The notes under the pieces: generated by a model
Database searches by the model: none
Told to the model about the DNA's origin: nothing
Seen by the model: only the letters and a program-made list of their open reading frames with translations
Shown here: positions 1-9,754 of the stretch, one piece after another
Position numbering within the stretch: position 1 is the first letter of the stretch
How the letters are laid out: each line of letters opens with the position of its first letter
Translations under genes and position numbers: made by a program
Source of the DNA: an uncultured bacterium
GTDB taxonomy: Bacteria; Zixibacteria; MSB-5A5; GN15; FEB-12
Reading direction: 5' to 3'
Assembly: GCA_965372795.1 (NCBI GenBank)
Contig: CBDVDR010000025.1
Location: 1 to 37,709 of the forward strand
Length of the DNA: 37,709 bases

Positions 1-305
1 TATTTCATTATAAGACATATTATATCCTGAGATTTTATGAAAAAATAATACCGTATCTTCACTTATTCCATAGACTTAGAAATTTATAACAAATATTTAT
101 TTAAGAAACAACGCCGGACATTTATCATTTTTTCAAAATGAAACGTAATATCCTTGACATTATTTGTCACAACCTAATGAGTAATAGCCACTTATTAATC
201 AATATTTTAGTAGATATGCAATTTATTGCTAATATTATTGAAAGAATAAACCGATATAAATTAATAAGTGAGAATAAACATATAAGAAAGAATAAAGGGT
301 AAAAC

Positions 306-1232
306 ATGATCAAGTCTAACAAAAAAGGAGTATGTAAATTAGCTTTATCTTTATTTACAATCCTTTTATTACTCTCCCCTGCCATCATTGGATCAGTAGG
401 CAGTGTAGATGATGGGACCTGTCTTGAGTGTCATGATGGAGCAGACCAAACTTTGATAGGGACACTTCATCAAATTGGTTCAAATTCTGGAGTGACTTGT
501 GAAGGTTGTCACAAGGGTGCATCGCAACACGCTGAGGATCCATCTGCTGACAACATCTCCAATCCTCAAAACCTAATTGGCAAAGCAGCATTTGACGCTT
601 GTAAATCCTGCCATCAATCTCATATTGGTTTGGACAATTATGGCTACGATGCTCATGTCGAGCAAGTACAAAATTGTAACAGTTGTCATAAGGTGCATCA
701 AAATGGTAGTGGATTATTACTGGATGACAAAGCTGAGTTTTGTTTAAAATGTCATCAGGAGATTTCTCATCGATTGGACTTGCAATCTAATCACCCTGTT
801 AATGATAATGTCTTGAATTGTCTAAGTTGTCACCAGTTTACTAAAAAACATGATAATAATATCATGTATGAAAACAATCGTATTTGTCGTGATTGCCATC
901 CGGAGCAGGGCGGACCTTTCCTTTTTGAACATGAACCGGTAAATGCTTATATGGTTGATGGGAATGGTTGTAATGATTGCCATGATCCTCATGGAAGTGT
1001 CAACGACCGGCTGTTAAAACAGGATTTAAATACTCAATGTCTGCAATGTCACGTCCTACCCGGTCATGATATTGCCCATGGGGGAACATTTAATGACTTA
1101 TCATGTGTTACCTGTCATACACAAACTCACGGTTCTTTTAATAGCAAACTTTTCCTTGATCCGGACATGCCCGCCAAACTGGGTAGTTTAGATTGTTATC
1201 AAAGCGGCTGTCATTCATTGGGAGGGGAGTAA
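306..1232 (+). CDS. MtrA/DmsE-family periplasmic decaheme cytochrome c
   Basis: Signal peptide; ten CxxCH motifs (CLECH, CEGCH, CKSCH, CNSCH, CLKCH, CLSCH, CRDCH, CNDCH, CLQCH, CVTCH) plus a C-terminal CYQSGCH; MtrA-like signatures GPFLFEHEPV, CHDPHGS and THGS. Confidence 0.9.
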   Translation: MIKSNKKGVCKLALSLFTILLLLSPAIIGSVGSVDDGTCLECHDGADQTLIGTLHQIGSNSGVTCEGCHKGASQHAEDPSADNISNPQNLIGKAAFDACKSCHQSHIGLDNYGYDAHVEQVQNCNSCHKVHQNGSGLLLDDKAEFCLKCHQEISHRLDLQSNHPVNDNVLNCLSCHQFTKKHDNNIMYENNRICRDCHPEQGGPFLFEHEPVNAYMVDGNGCNDCHDPHGSVNDRLLKQDLNTQCLQCHVLPGHDIAHGGTFNDLSCVTCHTQTHGSFNSKLFLDPDMPAKLGSLDCYQSGCHSLGGE

Positions 1233-1237
1233 ATACA

Positions 1238-2806
1238 ATGAAAAATAGTAAAATCACATTAGTAGCCTTTGCCTTAATTATAACAGCTATTTTTTCTGGC
1301 AATTTATTAGCTGGAGAAGGTGCCGGTACATTTAAAGCAGGCTATGTATTCACTGATGAAGATGGCAATCTTGGAGTCAACAGCGAGACCTATAATCAGT
1401 ATGAAGGATTTGGATTTTCGTTTAATGACTTTAATTATAATTTTGAAAACGGGATGTATTTAAAAGCTAACTTTAATAATATGACCCTTAATAACCGGAA
1501 CCTTTATTCATCTCTGACTAAGCCCGGTGTGTTCAATCTTTCTTTTGTTAATAATCAATTCCGACGAATTTATGGCAGCAATGGTGATAAATTTACCCGT
1601 CGTAGATACAGTCAGGTAAAAGGAAGTTTTAATGCTTCAAAAAACATTAAATTCTTCAGTTCTTTAAGTCGTACAGATAAAAAAGGTGAAACCTTTGGAA
1701 TTTACAGACCGGCGATTGATACGGTGGGATATAATACTGACTATTATCAAACTTCCTTTAAATTTGGGACCCACGGTTACAGTTCTTACGGAAGTATTAA
1801 AGCTGAATATCAGCGGTACGAATTCTTTGATGATCTTGATACTGATAATGACCGTAATGCTAATGCCTTAAATCTAACAGCATTTGCTTCATTGCCATCA
1901 TATCCTAATATCAATCTATCCGGTGGATTCTCAACCCGGGTTGATGAAATGTATGAAACCTCAGTCGAGCTTTCCAATAATCAATACTGGGCAGGGACAA
2001 GAATATATCTTCCAAGCCAGTTTAAATTTGATTATCGGATTTTATACAGTCTCTTCAAAAACCGGGGGATTCTTTCTTATACAGATAATTGGATCAATAC
2101 CTTCAGTGTAACCAAGGGATTCCAAAAGAAAGCCAGCGTAACTGTTGGGTATGAGACCAGAATTTCTGATAATCATTTTGATCGCACTGAATCAAATGGG
2201 TTTATATTCAGCGGTTGGGCTCGTTTACATGAACGGCTAAAAGTAACTTCACGAATTTCAAACAAGAATAAAGAAGTGAAAAACGGGTCAACTATATTGG
2301 GAGATGAAGAATATTTCCGCCATTCGGCATCGCTTAAATATACCGGTAAAAACTGGGGAAATATATCTTTTAAAATTGAAAGCAAACTTAAGAAAAATGA
2401 TAATGTCAACAGTGAAGTTGATTACTCGTCGTATGTCACAACCTTGAATCTGAAAGACAAAAATTACGGCTGGATAAGTTTTTCCTATGCTTATTATCTG
2501 GGACAGTTCCAAAACTTCAGCGATGAAACTTCATTTGAATTTGCTGACAATGTTTTGACAGCCGGGATTTATCCTAAAGCTTTCAATCAGTTTTCTTTAA
2601 GTGCAAAATCTTCTTACTATCGCAGCCATCGAGACAAAGAAATTGAAAAATTCAAACTGACTCTTACCGGACAATATAAATTTCCAAAGGATCATATTCT
2701 CGAAATCAAATATAATATTTATACATTTGATGACTTAATGGTTGTTGATAATTTTTACACCGGTAACATAATCGAATTTAATTTTCTAAAAGGATTTAAT
2801 TTATAA
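1238..2806 (+). CDS. Outer-membrane beta-barrel protein, MtrB/PioB-like partner of the decaheme cytochrome
   Basis: ATG 1238 after GGAGGGGAG; signal peptide MKNSKITLVAFALIITAIFSGNLLA; Tyr/Phe/Ser/Asn-rich alternating beta-strand pattern; lies between two multiheme cytochrome genes. Confidence 0.75.
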   Translation: MKNSKITLVAFALIITAIFSGNLLAGEGAGTFKAGYVFTDEDGNLGVNSETYNQYEGFGFSFNDFNYNFENGMYLKANFNNMTLNNRNLYSSLTKPGVFNLSFVNNQFRRIYGSNGDKFTRRRYSQVKGSFNASKNIKFFSSLSRTDKKGETFGIYRPAIDTVGYNTDYYQTSFKFGTHGYSSYGSIKAEYQRYEFFDDLDTDNDRNANALNLTAFASLPSYPNINLSGGFSTRVDEMYETSVELSNNQYWAGTRIYLPSQFKFDYRILYSLFKNRGILSYTDNWINTFSVTKGFQKKASVTVGYETRISDNHFDRTESNGFIFSGWARLHERLKVTSRISNKNKEVKNGSTILGDEEYFRHSASLKYTGKNWGNISFKIESKLKKNDNVNSEVDYSSYVTTLNLKDKNYGWISFSYAYYLGQFQNFSDETSFEFADNVLTAGIYPKAFNQFSLSAKSSYYRSHRDKEIEKFKLTLTGQYKFPKDHILEIKYNIYTFDDLMVVDNFYTGNIIEFNFLKGFNL

Positions 2807-2817
2807 AAGGAGAAATC

Positions 2818-3882
2818 ATGAGAGGCAAAAATGTAACAATCCTGCTTTTAGCAATGCTTTTATTAGTTGTATATGCAGGGTGCGAACGCAAAGTGACAGA
2901 AACAATTATAGTCGAACAAGACAGCGATTGTTTTCAATGTCATGGTGACGACGGTTTTCTTTTACAGGCTAAAGGTGAATGGCAGAGATCAGTTCATGCT
3001 TCGGCAACTAATTCTGATTACGCAAACCGAGGTGGTGGCAGTGATTGTTCAAGATGTCATAATCACCAGGGATTCTTAGAAATTATAAGTACTGGTGAGC
3101 TTACAGCTCCTTATGACAGTGTCAGTGCTATTCATTGCTTTACCTGCCATATGCCGCATGCACGTGGTGATTTGTCGTTAAGAACTGTAGCAGCTGTTAC
3201 TATGGCTGATGGTTCAACTTTTGACCATGGTAAAGCTAACCTATGTGCTAATTGTCATCAATCTCGTGTATCACCTGCAGTTTTGGTTGATGGATTTGAA
3301 GTTACTTCAAAATACTGGGGACCACATCATGGACCACAAGGTGAAATGATTAATGGTACCGGTGGTTTTGAATATGATAACTATACTGGAAGTTATGCTT
3401 CAACACCACATGCATCTGTTGTAGAAGATGCTTGTGCGGGTTGTCATATGGGTCAACAAAATATCCATATGGGATATGATGTTGGTGGACATAGTTTCAA
3501 TATGGAAGATGATGAAGGCAACCAACTCACTGGTTTCTGTGCTAATTGTCACAGTGAAACCGGAGAACGTGGTGCAACATATGACTTTATCAGAGCAAAT
3601 GGCCCTGTTGACTATGATGGCAACGGTGAAATTGAAGGATATCAAACTGAACTTAATGGAATGCTCGGGAACCTTGCTGAATTATTAGTTACTGAAGGTG
3701 TCCTTGATGGAACAAATCATGCAGTTCCTGGCACAATTGCTGATGCAAATGTTGCCGGAGCCCTATTCAATTTCCTGATAGTATTAGAAGATCGCTCCAA
3801 AGGTATTCATAACTTTAAATATATGCATGCCTTACTGGAAAGTTCAACTCAGTTCCTTGAAGGTGATTTTACAGGTAATTAA
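2818..3882 (+). CDS. Hexaheme cytochrome c lipoprotein
   Basis: AGGAG RBS; lipobox VYAG-C; six CxxCH motifs (CFQCH, CSRCH, CFTCH, CANCH, CAGCH, CANCH); GPHHGPQ and DRSKGIHN motifs. Confidence 0.88.
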   Translation: MRGKNVTILLLAMLLLVVYAGCERKVTETIIVEQDSDCFQCHGDDGFLLQAKGEWQRSVHASATNSDYANRGGGSDCSRCHNHQGFLEIISTGELTAPYDSVSAIHCFTCHMPHARGDLSLRTVAAVTMADGSTFDHGKANLCANCHQSRVSPAVLVDGFEVTSKYWGPHHGPQGEMINGTGGFEYDNYTGSYASTPHASVVEDACAGCHMGQQNIHMGYDVGGHSFNMEDDEGNQLTGFCANCHSETGERGATYDFIRANGPVDYDGNGEIEGYQTELNGMLGNLAELLVTEGVLDGTNHAVPGTIADANVAGALFNFLIVLEDRSKGIHNFKYMHALLESSTQFLEGDFTGN

Positions 3883-3896
3883 ATTACAATTCTGCT

Positions 3897-3929
3897 AAAA
3901 AAAGCCCCTGATTCAGGGGCTTTTTTTTT
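3897..3929 (+). terminator. Intrinsic terminator of the cytochrome operon
   Basis: A7-GCCCCTG-att-CAGGGGC-T9. Confidence 0.9.
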
Positions 3930-3958
3930 AATCTGATTATTATATTAAAAATCTTTCG

Positions 3959-3987
3959 TTGACATTCATTTCAAACTTAACCATAAT
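3959..3987 (+). promoter_or_regulatory. Sigma70-type promoter for the TPR lipoprotein gene
   Basis: TTGACA (3959-3964), 17-nt spacer, CATAAT (3982-3987), about 40 nt before the ATG at 4027. Confidence 0.65.
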
Positions 3988-4026
3988 TATGCTTTAAACT
4001 TACAGGAATTGTCCGATTAACTAATT

Positions 4027-5490
4027 ATGCGTAATAATAAATTTATTTTTCTAATTACATTACTATTGCTGTCACTAATCATATCATGTTCTGACAGTTC
4101 GGGAGTTAGACTCCGATTTGAAGCTGAAAAGATGTTTCATGATTCTGAGAAGAAATTCAGCGATGCTCAATTAAAAAATGAACTCGGAGACCCGAAGGTA
4201 TTAGCGAATATACAAAATGATTATATGTTGACTGTTGAATTTTGTTATGAATCATTGGATTCAATTCCTGAAAATTCCCGTGAACATCTTGAATTACAAT
4301 TATTGACCTTCCGCTCGGTAAGTCGATTGTCACAATTTTATTATGCCCGTAAAAGATTTGATTCAAGTGTATTTGTTACTGAAAAATTGATTAATACCAT
4401 CCCGCTCATGGGCACTCCGCTTCTTGAAAGTAATTTAAACCTGGGGCAGGCATTACATGCCAGAGGTGATTGGGACAGTACTCTTGTTATATATGACATG
4501 GTTTTGAATAAATTCTATCCGCCTATTGATCCTGAAGGCAATATCAGTTACAAGCTGTTTAATTTGCCCTATCATATATTTAAAATTTCTAAAGCTACGA
4601 AACAGAATGAAGCTCAAATTCATTTTGAATTTGCAGAACAGTATTATCAAAAACTACTTAGTGAGTTTCCTAACTCACTGCTTGAATCGCCGATTCATAC
4701 TAATTTAGCCCTGTTATACGATGAAATGGGTTTCTGGGAAAAAGAGATATCAGAATTATCCAAAATTAAAGATAGCTCAAGTGAATCGATGCAGAATTTA
4801 GCGATTAAAATTGGTGATATTTATCTGGAATATTTGAAAGATAACAAAGCTGCGCTGGATCAGTTTAACTTAATAAAAAGTCAAATTAACACCCGGGACA
4901 CTTTGAAAAACCCGATGATTGATATCCGGGTGGCAAAAACATATATGAATATGGAAAACTTTGCTGAAGCTCGGCAGATTCTAATGAATATTAAAAGGAA
5001 TTACCGATCTTTTCATGAATCAAGTCCGACCAATCAACACTTGATAGCCAAATCTTTTGATAAAGAGAATAATTGGAAAAGAGCGGAAATCGAATATAAT
5101 TTGCTTCTTGAAAAATTTAAGACTTCTGATGAAGCTATGACAACCTATTTGTATCTTTTTGATCATTTCCAAAAATTTGGTCCAAAATCTGAAGTTACCA
5201 GAATTGCCAGCAGAGCTTTAAAATCATTTGATCAGATAATTTCCAATTATTCAGGTACAATTTTTGAAGCAAAAGCAAAGATATATAAAGCCGATCTGTT
5301 TATTAAACAAAAACAATGGCTTAAAGCTGCAGAGATTATGGTATCTATTTTTGACCGTTTTCCCCAGTCGGAATATGGTCGTAAAGCTATAAATACGGCC
5401 GCAATTATTTATAAAGACAAGCTAAACAGCCCTGAGAAAGCTAAAGAGCTAAGAGACAGATATCAGAAATCACTGGCAAATTTAAAATAA
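4027..5490 (+). CDS. Tetratricopeptide-repeat lipoprotein
   Basis: Lipobox LIIS-C; repeated helical TPR-like units (e.g. AEQYYQKLLSEFP, AEIEYNLLLEKF, AAEIMVSIFDRFPQSEYG). Confidence 0.8.
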   Translation: MRNNKFIFLITLLLLSLIISCSDSSGVRLRFEAEKMFHDSEKKFSDAQLKNELGDPKVLANIQNDYMLTVEFCYESLDSIPENSREHLELQLLTFRSVSRLSQFYYARKRFDSSVFVTEKLINTIPLMGTPLLESNLNLGQALHARGDWDSTLVIYDMVLNKFYPPIDPEGNISYKLFNLPYHIFKISKATKQNEAQIHFEFAEQYYQKLLSEFPNSLLESPIHTNLALLYDEMGFWEKEISELSKIKDSSSESMQNLAIKIGDIYLEYLKDNKAALDQFNLIKSQINTRDTLKNPMIDIRVAKTYMNMENFAEARQILMNIKRNYRSFHESSPTNQHLIAKSFDKENNWKRAEIEYNLLLEKFKTSDEAMTTYLYLFDHFQKFGPKSEVTRIASRALKSFDQIISNYSGTIFEAKAKIYKADLFIKQKQWLKAAEIMVSIFDRFPQSEYGRKAINTAAIIYKDKLNSPEKAKELRDRYQKSLANLK

Positions 5491-5555
5491 ACTTGCCGGA
5501 TCTTTTTCTAAACATGAATGTACAAGATTTGAGAGAAATGATAACAGGAGGAAAA

Positions 5556-6128
5556 ATGAAAATTTTTAAAGTTGCTTTTAGTGTTCTAATTTTGTCACTA
5601 CTATTATCTCCGCTGACATCAGCCCAAGTAGATTTATTTGGTTTCACTGACACTATTTATGCTGAAGTTGCAAAAATCGATGATGCTAACTGGACAATTA
5701 CAGTAACCATAGCCAATGATGAAAACATAGAAGGTATTTCGATACCTCTTAAAATGACAGCTGGAATGAACCGTATTGTTGCTGATTCAGCCGTGTATAC
5801 CGGAGGACGGGTAGAACATTTTACTCTTAAGGCTTTCCGTCCGGATACTGCAATTCAATGTGCAACTCTTGGAATGGTTGCAAATCTTGGACCAACCAAA
5901 CATACCCTGGCCCCCGGATCAGGCCGATTGGTCACATTGTTTATATCTTCATTAGAAAATAAGCCGATTGAAAAACTGGTAGTTGACACTGTTACTACTC
6001 ACCCGAATAATACGTTATTGATAGTTGGAAGTACTTCTAACTGGGGTGACCACAGACTTGATACGATTAAAATTGAGAAAAGAAAAGAATTGGAAATAAT
6101 TCCGGTTTTTATTGTGAAACAACTTTAA
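5556..6128 (+). CDS. Secreted beta-sandwich protein, possibly cohesin-like
   Basis: AGGAGG RBS before ATG 5556; signal peptide ending TSA-Q; beta-rich body (ITVTIANDENIEGISIPL ... LAPGSGRLVTLFI) resembling cohesin-type folds. The fold is inferred. Confidence 0.6.
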   Translation: MKIFKVAFSVLILSLLLSPLTSAQVDLFGFTDTIYAEVAKIDDANWTITVTIANDENIEGISIPLKMTAGMNRIVADSAVYTGGRVEHFTLKAFRPDTAIQCATLGMVANLGPTKHTLAPGSGRLVTLFISSLENKPIEKLVVDTVTTHPNNTLLIVGSTSNWGDHRLDTIKIEKRKELEIIPVFIVKQL

Positions 6129-6144
6129 AGATATATATATTTTT

Positions 6145-6177
6145 AAAAGCCGCTCTTAATAAGAGCGGCTTTTTTTT
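6145..6177. terminator. Bidirectional intrinsic terminator between convergent genes
   Basis: AAAAGCCGCTCTTA-a-TAAGAGCGGCTTTTTTTT. Confidence 0.9.
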
Positions 6178-6183
6178 AAGTGA

Positions 6184-7392
6184 TTATTTTTTTAATTTCG
6201 TTGTAATTCTTGAAGCATCTTTTAGAATAATAAATTGTTGTAATTTCTCAAGAGCATCTTCGGGAAGTATTTTTTTCAAATAAACTTCTTTCATCAAACT
6301 TGCTCCATCAAGCCTGAAATAATCATCAAGTTCTAATTCCCGGGCAAGGATCGTTAAATCGGAAAACATTTTTAGATCATCAGTCTTAGTTATAAACTTT
6401 TCATTATAAGCTATTTTGATTTTTACTTCACCGGTATCAGCATCCAAAACGGTCCAGTTATTTTCTTTTGCAATCTCAATTATTTCATCTCTAAGAGCAT
6501 TTTTCTCAGCCGTAAGCTCTTTAATTTTTTGATCTACAGTAATAAATTTTTCGGCAATATTACGGGCTTTTTCTTCAGGAGCCATCTCATCGCCGACATC
6601 TTTTTCTTCAAGCAGCAACTTGTGCCGTTTAGCAGGACATAAATGAAAGAAATCACAGTAATCACAAAGACCGCTTTCCTGTGTCTGAAAATCATCTCTT
6701 TTCTCAGCATCCTGAATTAAATATAGTTCATTTCTGACTTCATAGGTTAACTGATCAAGTTCATCCTGAGTCATTCTAAGTTTGACAACCTCATTCTGCC
6801 GTAAAAAATATTGGACCAGTTCTATCGAATCATAATCGGGATAATGTTGTTTAACGGCGATCTGATATAATCCCATTTGAAGTCTGAAAGCCAGATCAGT
6901 CGGTTTTGAAATTCTTTTACCGGTTTTATAATCAGCAATTTGAATTGTGCCATCTTCAAGCCGGGACAATCGATCAATAATTGCGCTAAATTTGAAAGGA
7001 CTATCCGGCAGTTCGGCGTATAGATTTAATTCAGCTCCAAGCAACATATCAGCCCGAAACGGTTTATAAGAATTATAATGGGTTTCGAGCATTTCTTTAC
7101 CTAGTCGAATATAATCATCGACAGTATAGAAATCCTTGACCACCGACAGAATTTCCCGATCTACTTTTGCCCAATCTTCCTCGTAAATTTTAACCGCTTC
7201 TTCAAAGGGCAATACAATTCCATCAGCACCAAGCGTATAAAGCTTGTTAAGCACTCTATGCACCGATGACCCAAGGTAGGCATCGGCAGATATTTTTTTG
7301 GGTACCGACACTTTTTCAATTTTGCTGAATTTAAATTTTCGCGGGCAAGTATGCCAATCATTCAAAGCGCTATAACTGAATCTTTGGAACAA
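6184..7392 (-). CDS. PD-(D/E)XK nuclease, RecB/AddB/Cas4-like, with predicted Fe-S cysteines
   Basis: FSYSAL...CPRKF, GSSVH, IIDRL, IADYKTG, QMGLY and CDYCDFFHLCP; helical C-terminal extension. Confidence 0.85.
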   Translation of the reverse strand: MFQRFSYSALNDWHTCPRKFKFSKIEKVSVPKKISADAYLGSSVHRVLNKLYTLGADGIVLPFEEAVKIYEEDWAKVDREILSVVKDFYTVDDYIRLGKEMLETHYNSYKPFRADMLLGAELNLYAELPDSPFKFSAIIDRLSRLEDGTIQIADYKTGKRISKPTDLAFRLQMGLYQIAVKQHYPDYDSIELVQYFLRQNEVVKLRMTQDELDQLTYEVRNELYLIQDAEKRDDFQTQESGLCDYCDFFHLCPAKRHKLLLEEKDVGDEMAPEEKARNIAEKFITVDQKIKELTAEKNALRDEIIEIAKENNWTVLDADTGEVKIKIAYNEKFITKTDDLKMFSDLTILARELELDDYFRLDGASLMKEVYLKKILPEDALEKLQQFIILKDASRITTKLKK

Positions 7393-7412
7393 AAATTGAC
7401 CCCCTGTTAAAA

Positions 7413-8426
7413 TTATCTGTTTTTGATATACTTATTAAAAATACCTCTTAGAAACCCCACCCCGAGACCAAAATGAATTGTCGGAAATATCAGAGGTCCA
7501 AACAGAATACATCCAAAATGTTTCTCTTTCAGACCCAGGAAAATTGAAAAAAGAATTACAATTAATAAATACAACCCAGTAGCACTTCGGAATAGTTCAA
7601 AAAGTGGTGGAAATAATAACGACAATAAAAGCAAACCAAAAAAACCAACGACGCCACCGGCTGCTAATAATTGCATAGGAGAATAAAAATTATGCTTCAG
7701 GGAAAGGTCGAAGCGTCCTTTTCCATACCTTTGCATCTGTTTCCACAAACCCTGTAAAGAATTTCTGGGGTAATAAAAGACTTTAAGTTTTGGTGACAGG
7801 ACAGCTTTTAGCGAAGCCTTATTAACTCTATAGTTAAAGTCGACATCTTCGCAGGCATCGAAATTTTCATCAAAATAATCAATTTCATCAAATACTTCCC
7901 GATGATACATCGCTCCCGAAGATGTCGGATCGACAGCCCCCTCAAAATCAGAATAAATTTCAGACCCCGGTTTGTGTCCCAACAAAGAGCCTCGACACAA
8001 CGCAACCGACTTTTCAAATTCACTTAAATTAGGCGGCGTTAACGGTTGAGCCCGACACAGACATTTAGCGTCGGTCTTTTCAAAGGTTTCGACAATTGAT
8101 TTTAATAAATTGTTATCCGGTAGATAAACATGACCATCGAGAATCATAATATAAGGAGCGTCGCTGTTTCTCACGCCGAGATTTCGTCCGGCAGATGCTA
8201 ATCCCCGGGGGTTATCTAAAATCTTTAAAGACCCAAAACGATTTTTATAAGTTTTTACGATTTCTTTTGTATTATCAGTCGAACCCCCATCGGCAATGAC
8301 AATTTCCACTTTATCCATTGGAAAGTCCTGCATATACAACTGTTCCAGAGTTTGCCCTATAAATTTCTCTTCATTTAAGACAGGCATAATAATCGCAATA
8401 TCGTACATAGAATTGGTTCCGGTCAT
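7413..8426 (-). CDS. Glycosyltransferase family 2 (ExoA-like, C-terminal TM helices)
   Basis: IIMPVLNEE, ADGGSTD, ILDGH, CEDVDFNYR, QMQRYG; three C-terminal hydrophobic segments. Confidence 0.88.
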   Translation of the reverse strand: MTGTNSMYDIAIIMPVLNEEKFIGQTLEQLYMQDFPMDKVEIVIADGGSTDNTKEIVKTYKNRFGSLKILDNPRGLASAGRNLGVRNSDAPYIMILDGHVYLPDNNLLKSIVETFEKTDAKCLCRAQPLTPPNLSEFEKSVALCRGSLLGHKPGSEIYSDFEGAVDPTSSGAMYHREVFDEIDYFDENFDACEDVDFNYRVNKASLKAVLSPKLKVFYYPRNSLQGLWKQMQRYGKGRFDLSLKHNFYSPMQLLAAGGVVGFFGLLLLSLLFPPLFELFRSATGLYLLIVILFSIFLGLKEKHFGCILFGPLIFPTIHFGLGVGFLRGIFNKYIKNR

Positions 8427-8530
8427 TTAGATTCCCTGTTAATTAGTTCCGATATGAGAATACTATTTTGATAATAACTGAACAACTAAAAATGAAATAA
8501 AAAATGAGTCGTAATTATGTATAGATATAA

Positions 8531-9634
8531 TTAAGAATTACCCAAAATTGACCGGTATAAACTATTCCAGCCTTTTACAATATTATCCCTTGAGAATTTA
8601 TCCGCATATTGTTTTGCTCTGGTCGAAATGTGTTTTACAAGCATGGGTGTCTCCACCAGATTAAATATTTTATCAGCCAGCGATACAAAATCATACTGTT
8701 TATACAATATGCCGTTATCACCGTCTTTGATAAACTCTTTGGAAGATTCTGTTTCAATAGACAAAACCGGAATTCCCGCTGATAAGGCAGCTGTAATTGA
8801 AGGGGGCAGGTTGTCACTGTATGAATTATTTATATATATATCAGCCTCCTCTAAAAATTTTATGTTCGGATTTTTAAAGGTCGGATTAACTAGCGAAACA
8901 CCCGGTTCAGAATTTTGTTTAATTACATTTTGCAACGGCTTTAATTTTGATTCGGGACCAAGAATTACTAATTCGGTTCGGGGATATTTTTGTTTTACAA
9001 GTTTAAAGGCTTTTAAAACTATTGGGAAACTCCGATTTTCTTCTGAAATTTCCATATATATCTTTGGAACGATAGATTCTAGCTCTTTCGGCTTTATTAA
9101 TCGCTGATCAACACTATGGTAAATGACTTGTGATTTAACATTATGAGCTTTTAATATTTTCTCTATATTTTTTGAGCCAACAGTAATTGCATCGCATAAT
9201 GATAGAACTTTTAACGCAATATGTTTAAAAATACTTCTTTGAAATAATTCAAGGGAATCATTGTAAGTCAAAATAACTTTTTTACCAAAAAAACGACCCA
9301 GGATAACAGGCAACGCCGAATTTGATATAAAGTTTGAATTGTTGTTCTGAAAGATATGAATAATTTCATAGTTTTCAATAGTAACAACTAACTGTTTAAT
9401 GAGATGATAAGTATCAGTCAATTTTTGTCTTATTGAGAAAGAATATTTATTTAGATATATACATTTTGTTGAAATTTTTTGATGTTTCAGATATGAATAA
9501 ACTAACTCAATTTGAGACAGATCAATAAGATTTCCATCTTCAATTGCAGCGATTATCAAAACCTTTTTGGAGTTTTCTAATTTGCAGGAATTGGAATTTT
9601 TATTATTATCAATATCTAAAGCATTATCAATCAA
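8531..9634 (-). CDS. Glycosyltransferase family 4-like protein (divergent)
   Basis: GT-B C-terminal pattern ADIYINNSYSDNLPPSITAALSAGIPVL ... IKDGDNGIL. Confidence 0.75.
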   Translation of the reverse strand: MIDNALDIDNNKNSNSCKLENSKKVLIIAAIEDGNLIDLSQIELVYSYLKHQKISTKCIYLNKYSFSIRQKLTDTYHLIKQLVVTIENYEIIHIFQNNNSNFISNSALPVILGRFFGKKVILTYNDSLELFQRSIFKHIALKVLSLCDAITVGSKNIEKILKAHNVKSQVIYHSVDQRLIKPKELESIVPKIYMEISEENRSFPIVLKAFKLVKQKYPRTELVILGPESKLKPLQNVIKQNSEPGVSLVNPTFKNPNIKFLEEADIYINNSYSDNLPPSITAALSAGIPVLSIETESSKEFIKDGDNGILYKQYDFVSLADKIFNLVETPMLVKHISTRAKQYADKFSRDNIVKGWNSLYRSILGNS

Positions 9635-9754
9635 CTCTTATCTTCTCCTGAAATAAAATTCTTTTGGTGACTAATAGTTTTACAATATTAGATTAAATTG
9701 GATTAAGTTATTTTGAGTATTCTTAAGACTTGTACGTGACCGAACAACAACAGG

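Noticed and set aside
2818..3882. NrfA nitrite reductase
   Set aside because: No CxxCK motif; six CxxCH motifs and a porin-operon context.
6184..7392. CRISPR-Cas locus suggested by the Cas4-like nuclease
   Set aside because: No repeat-spacer array or other cas genes anywhere in the window.
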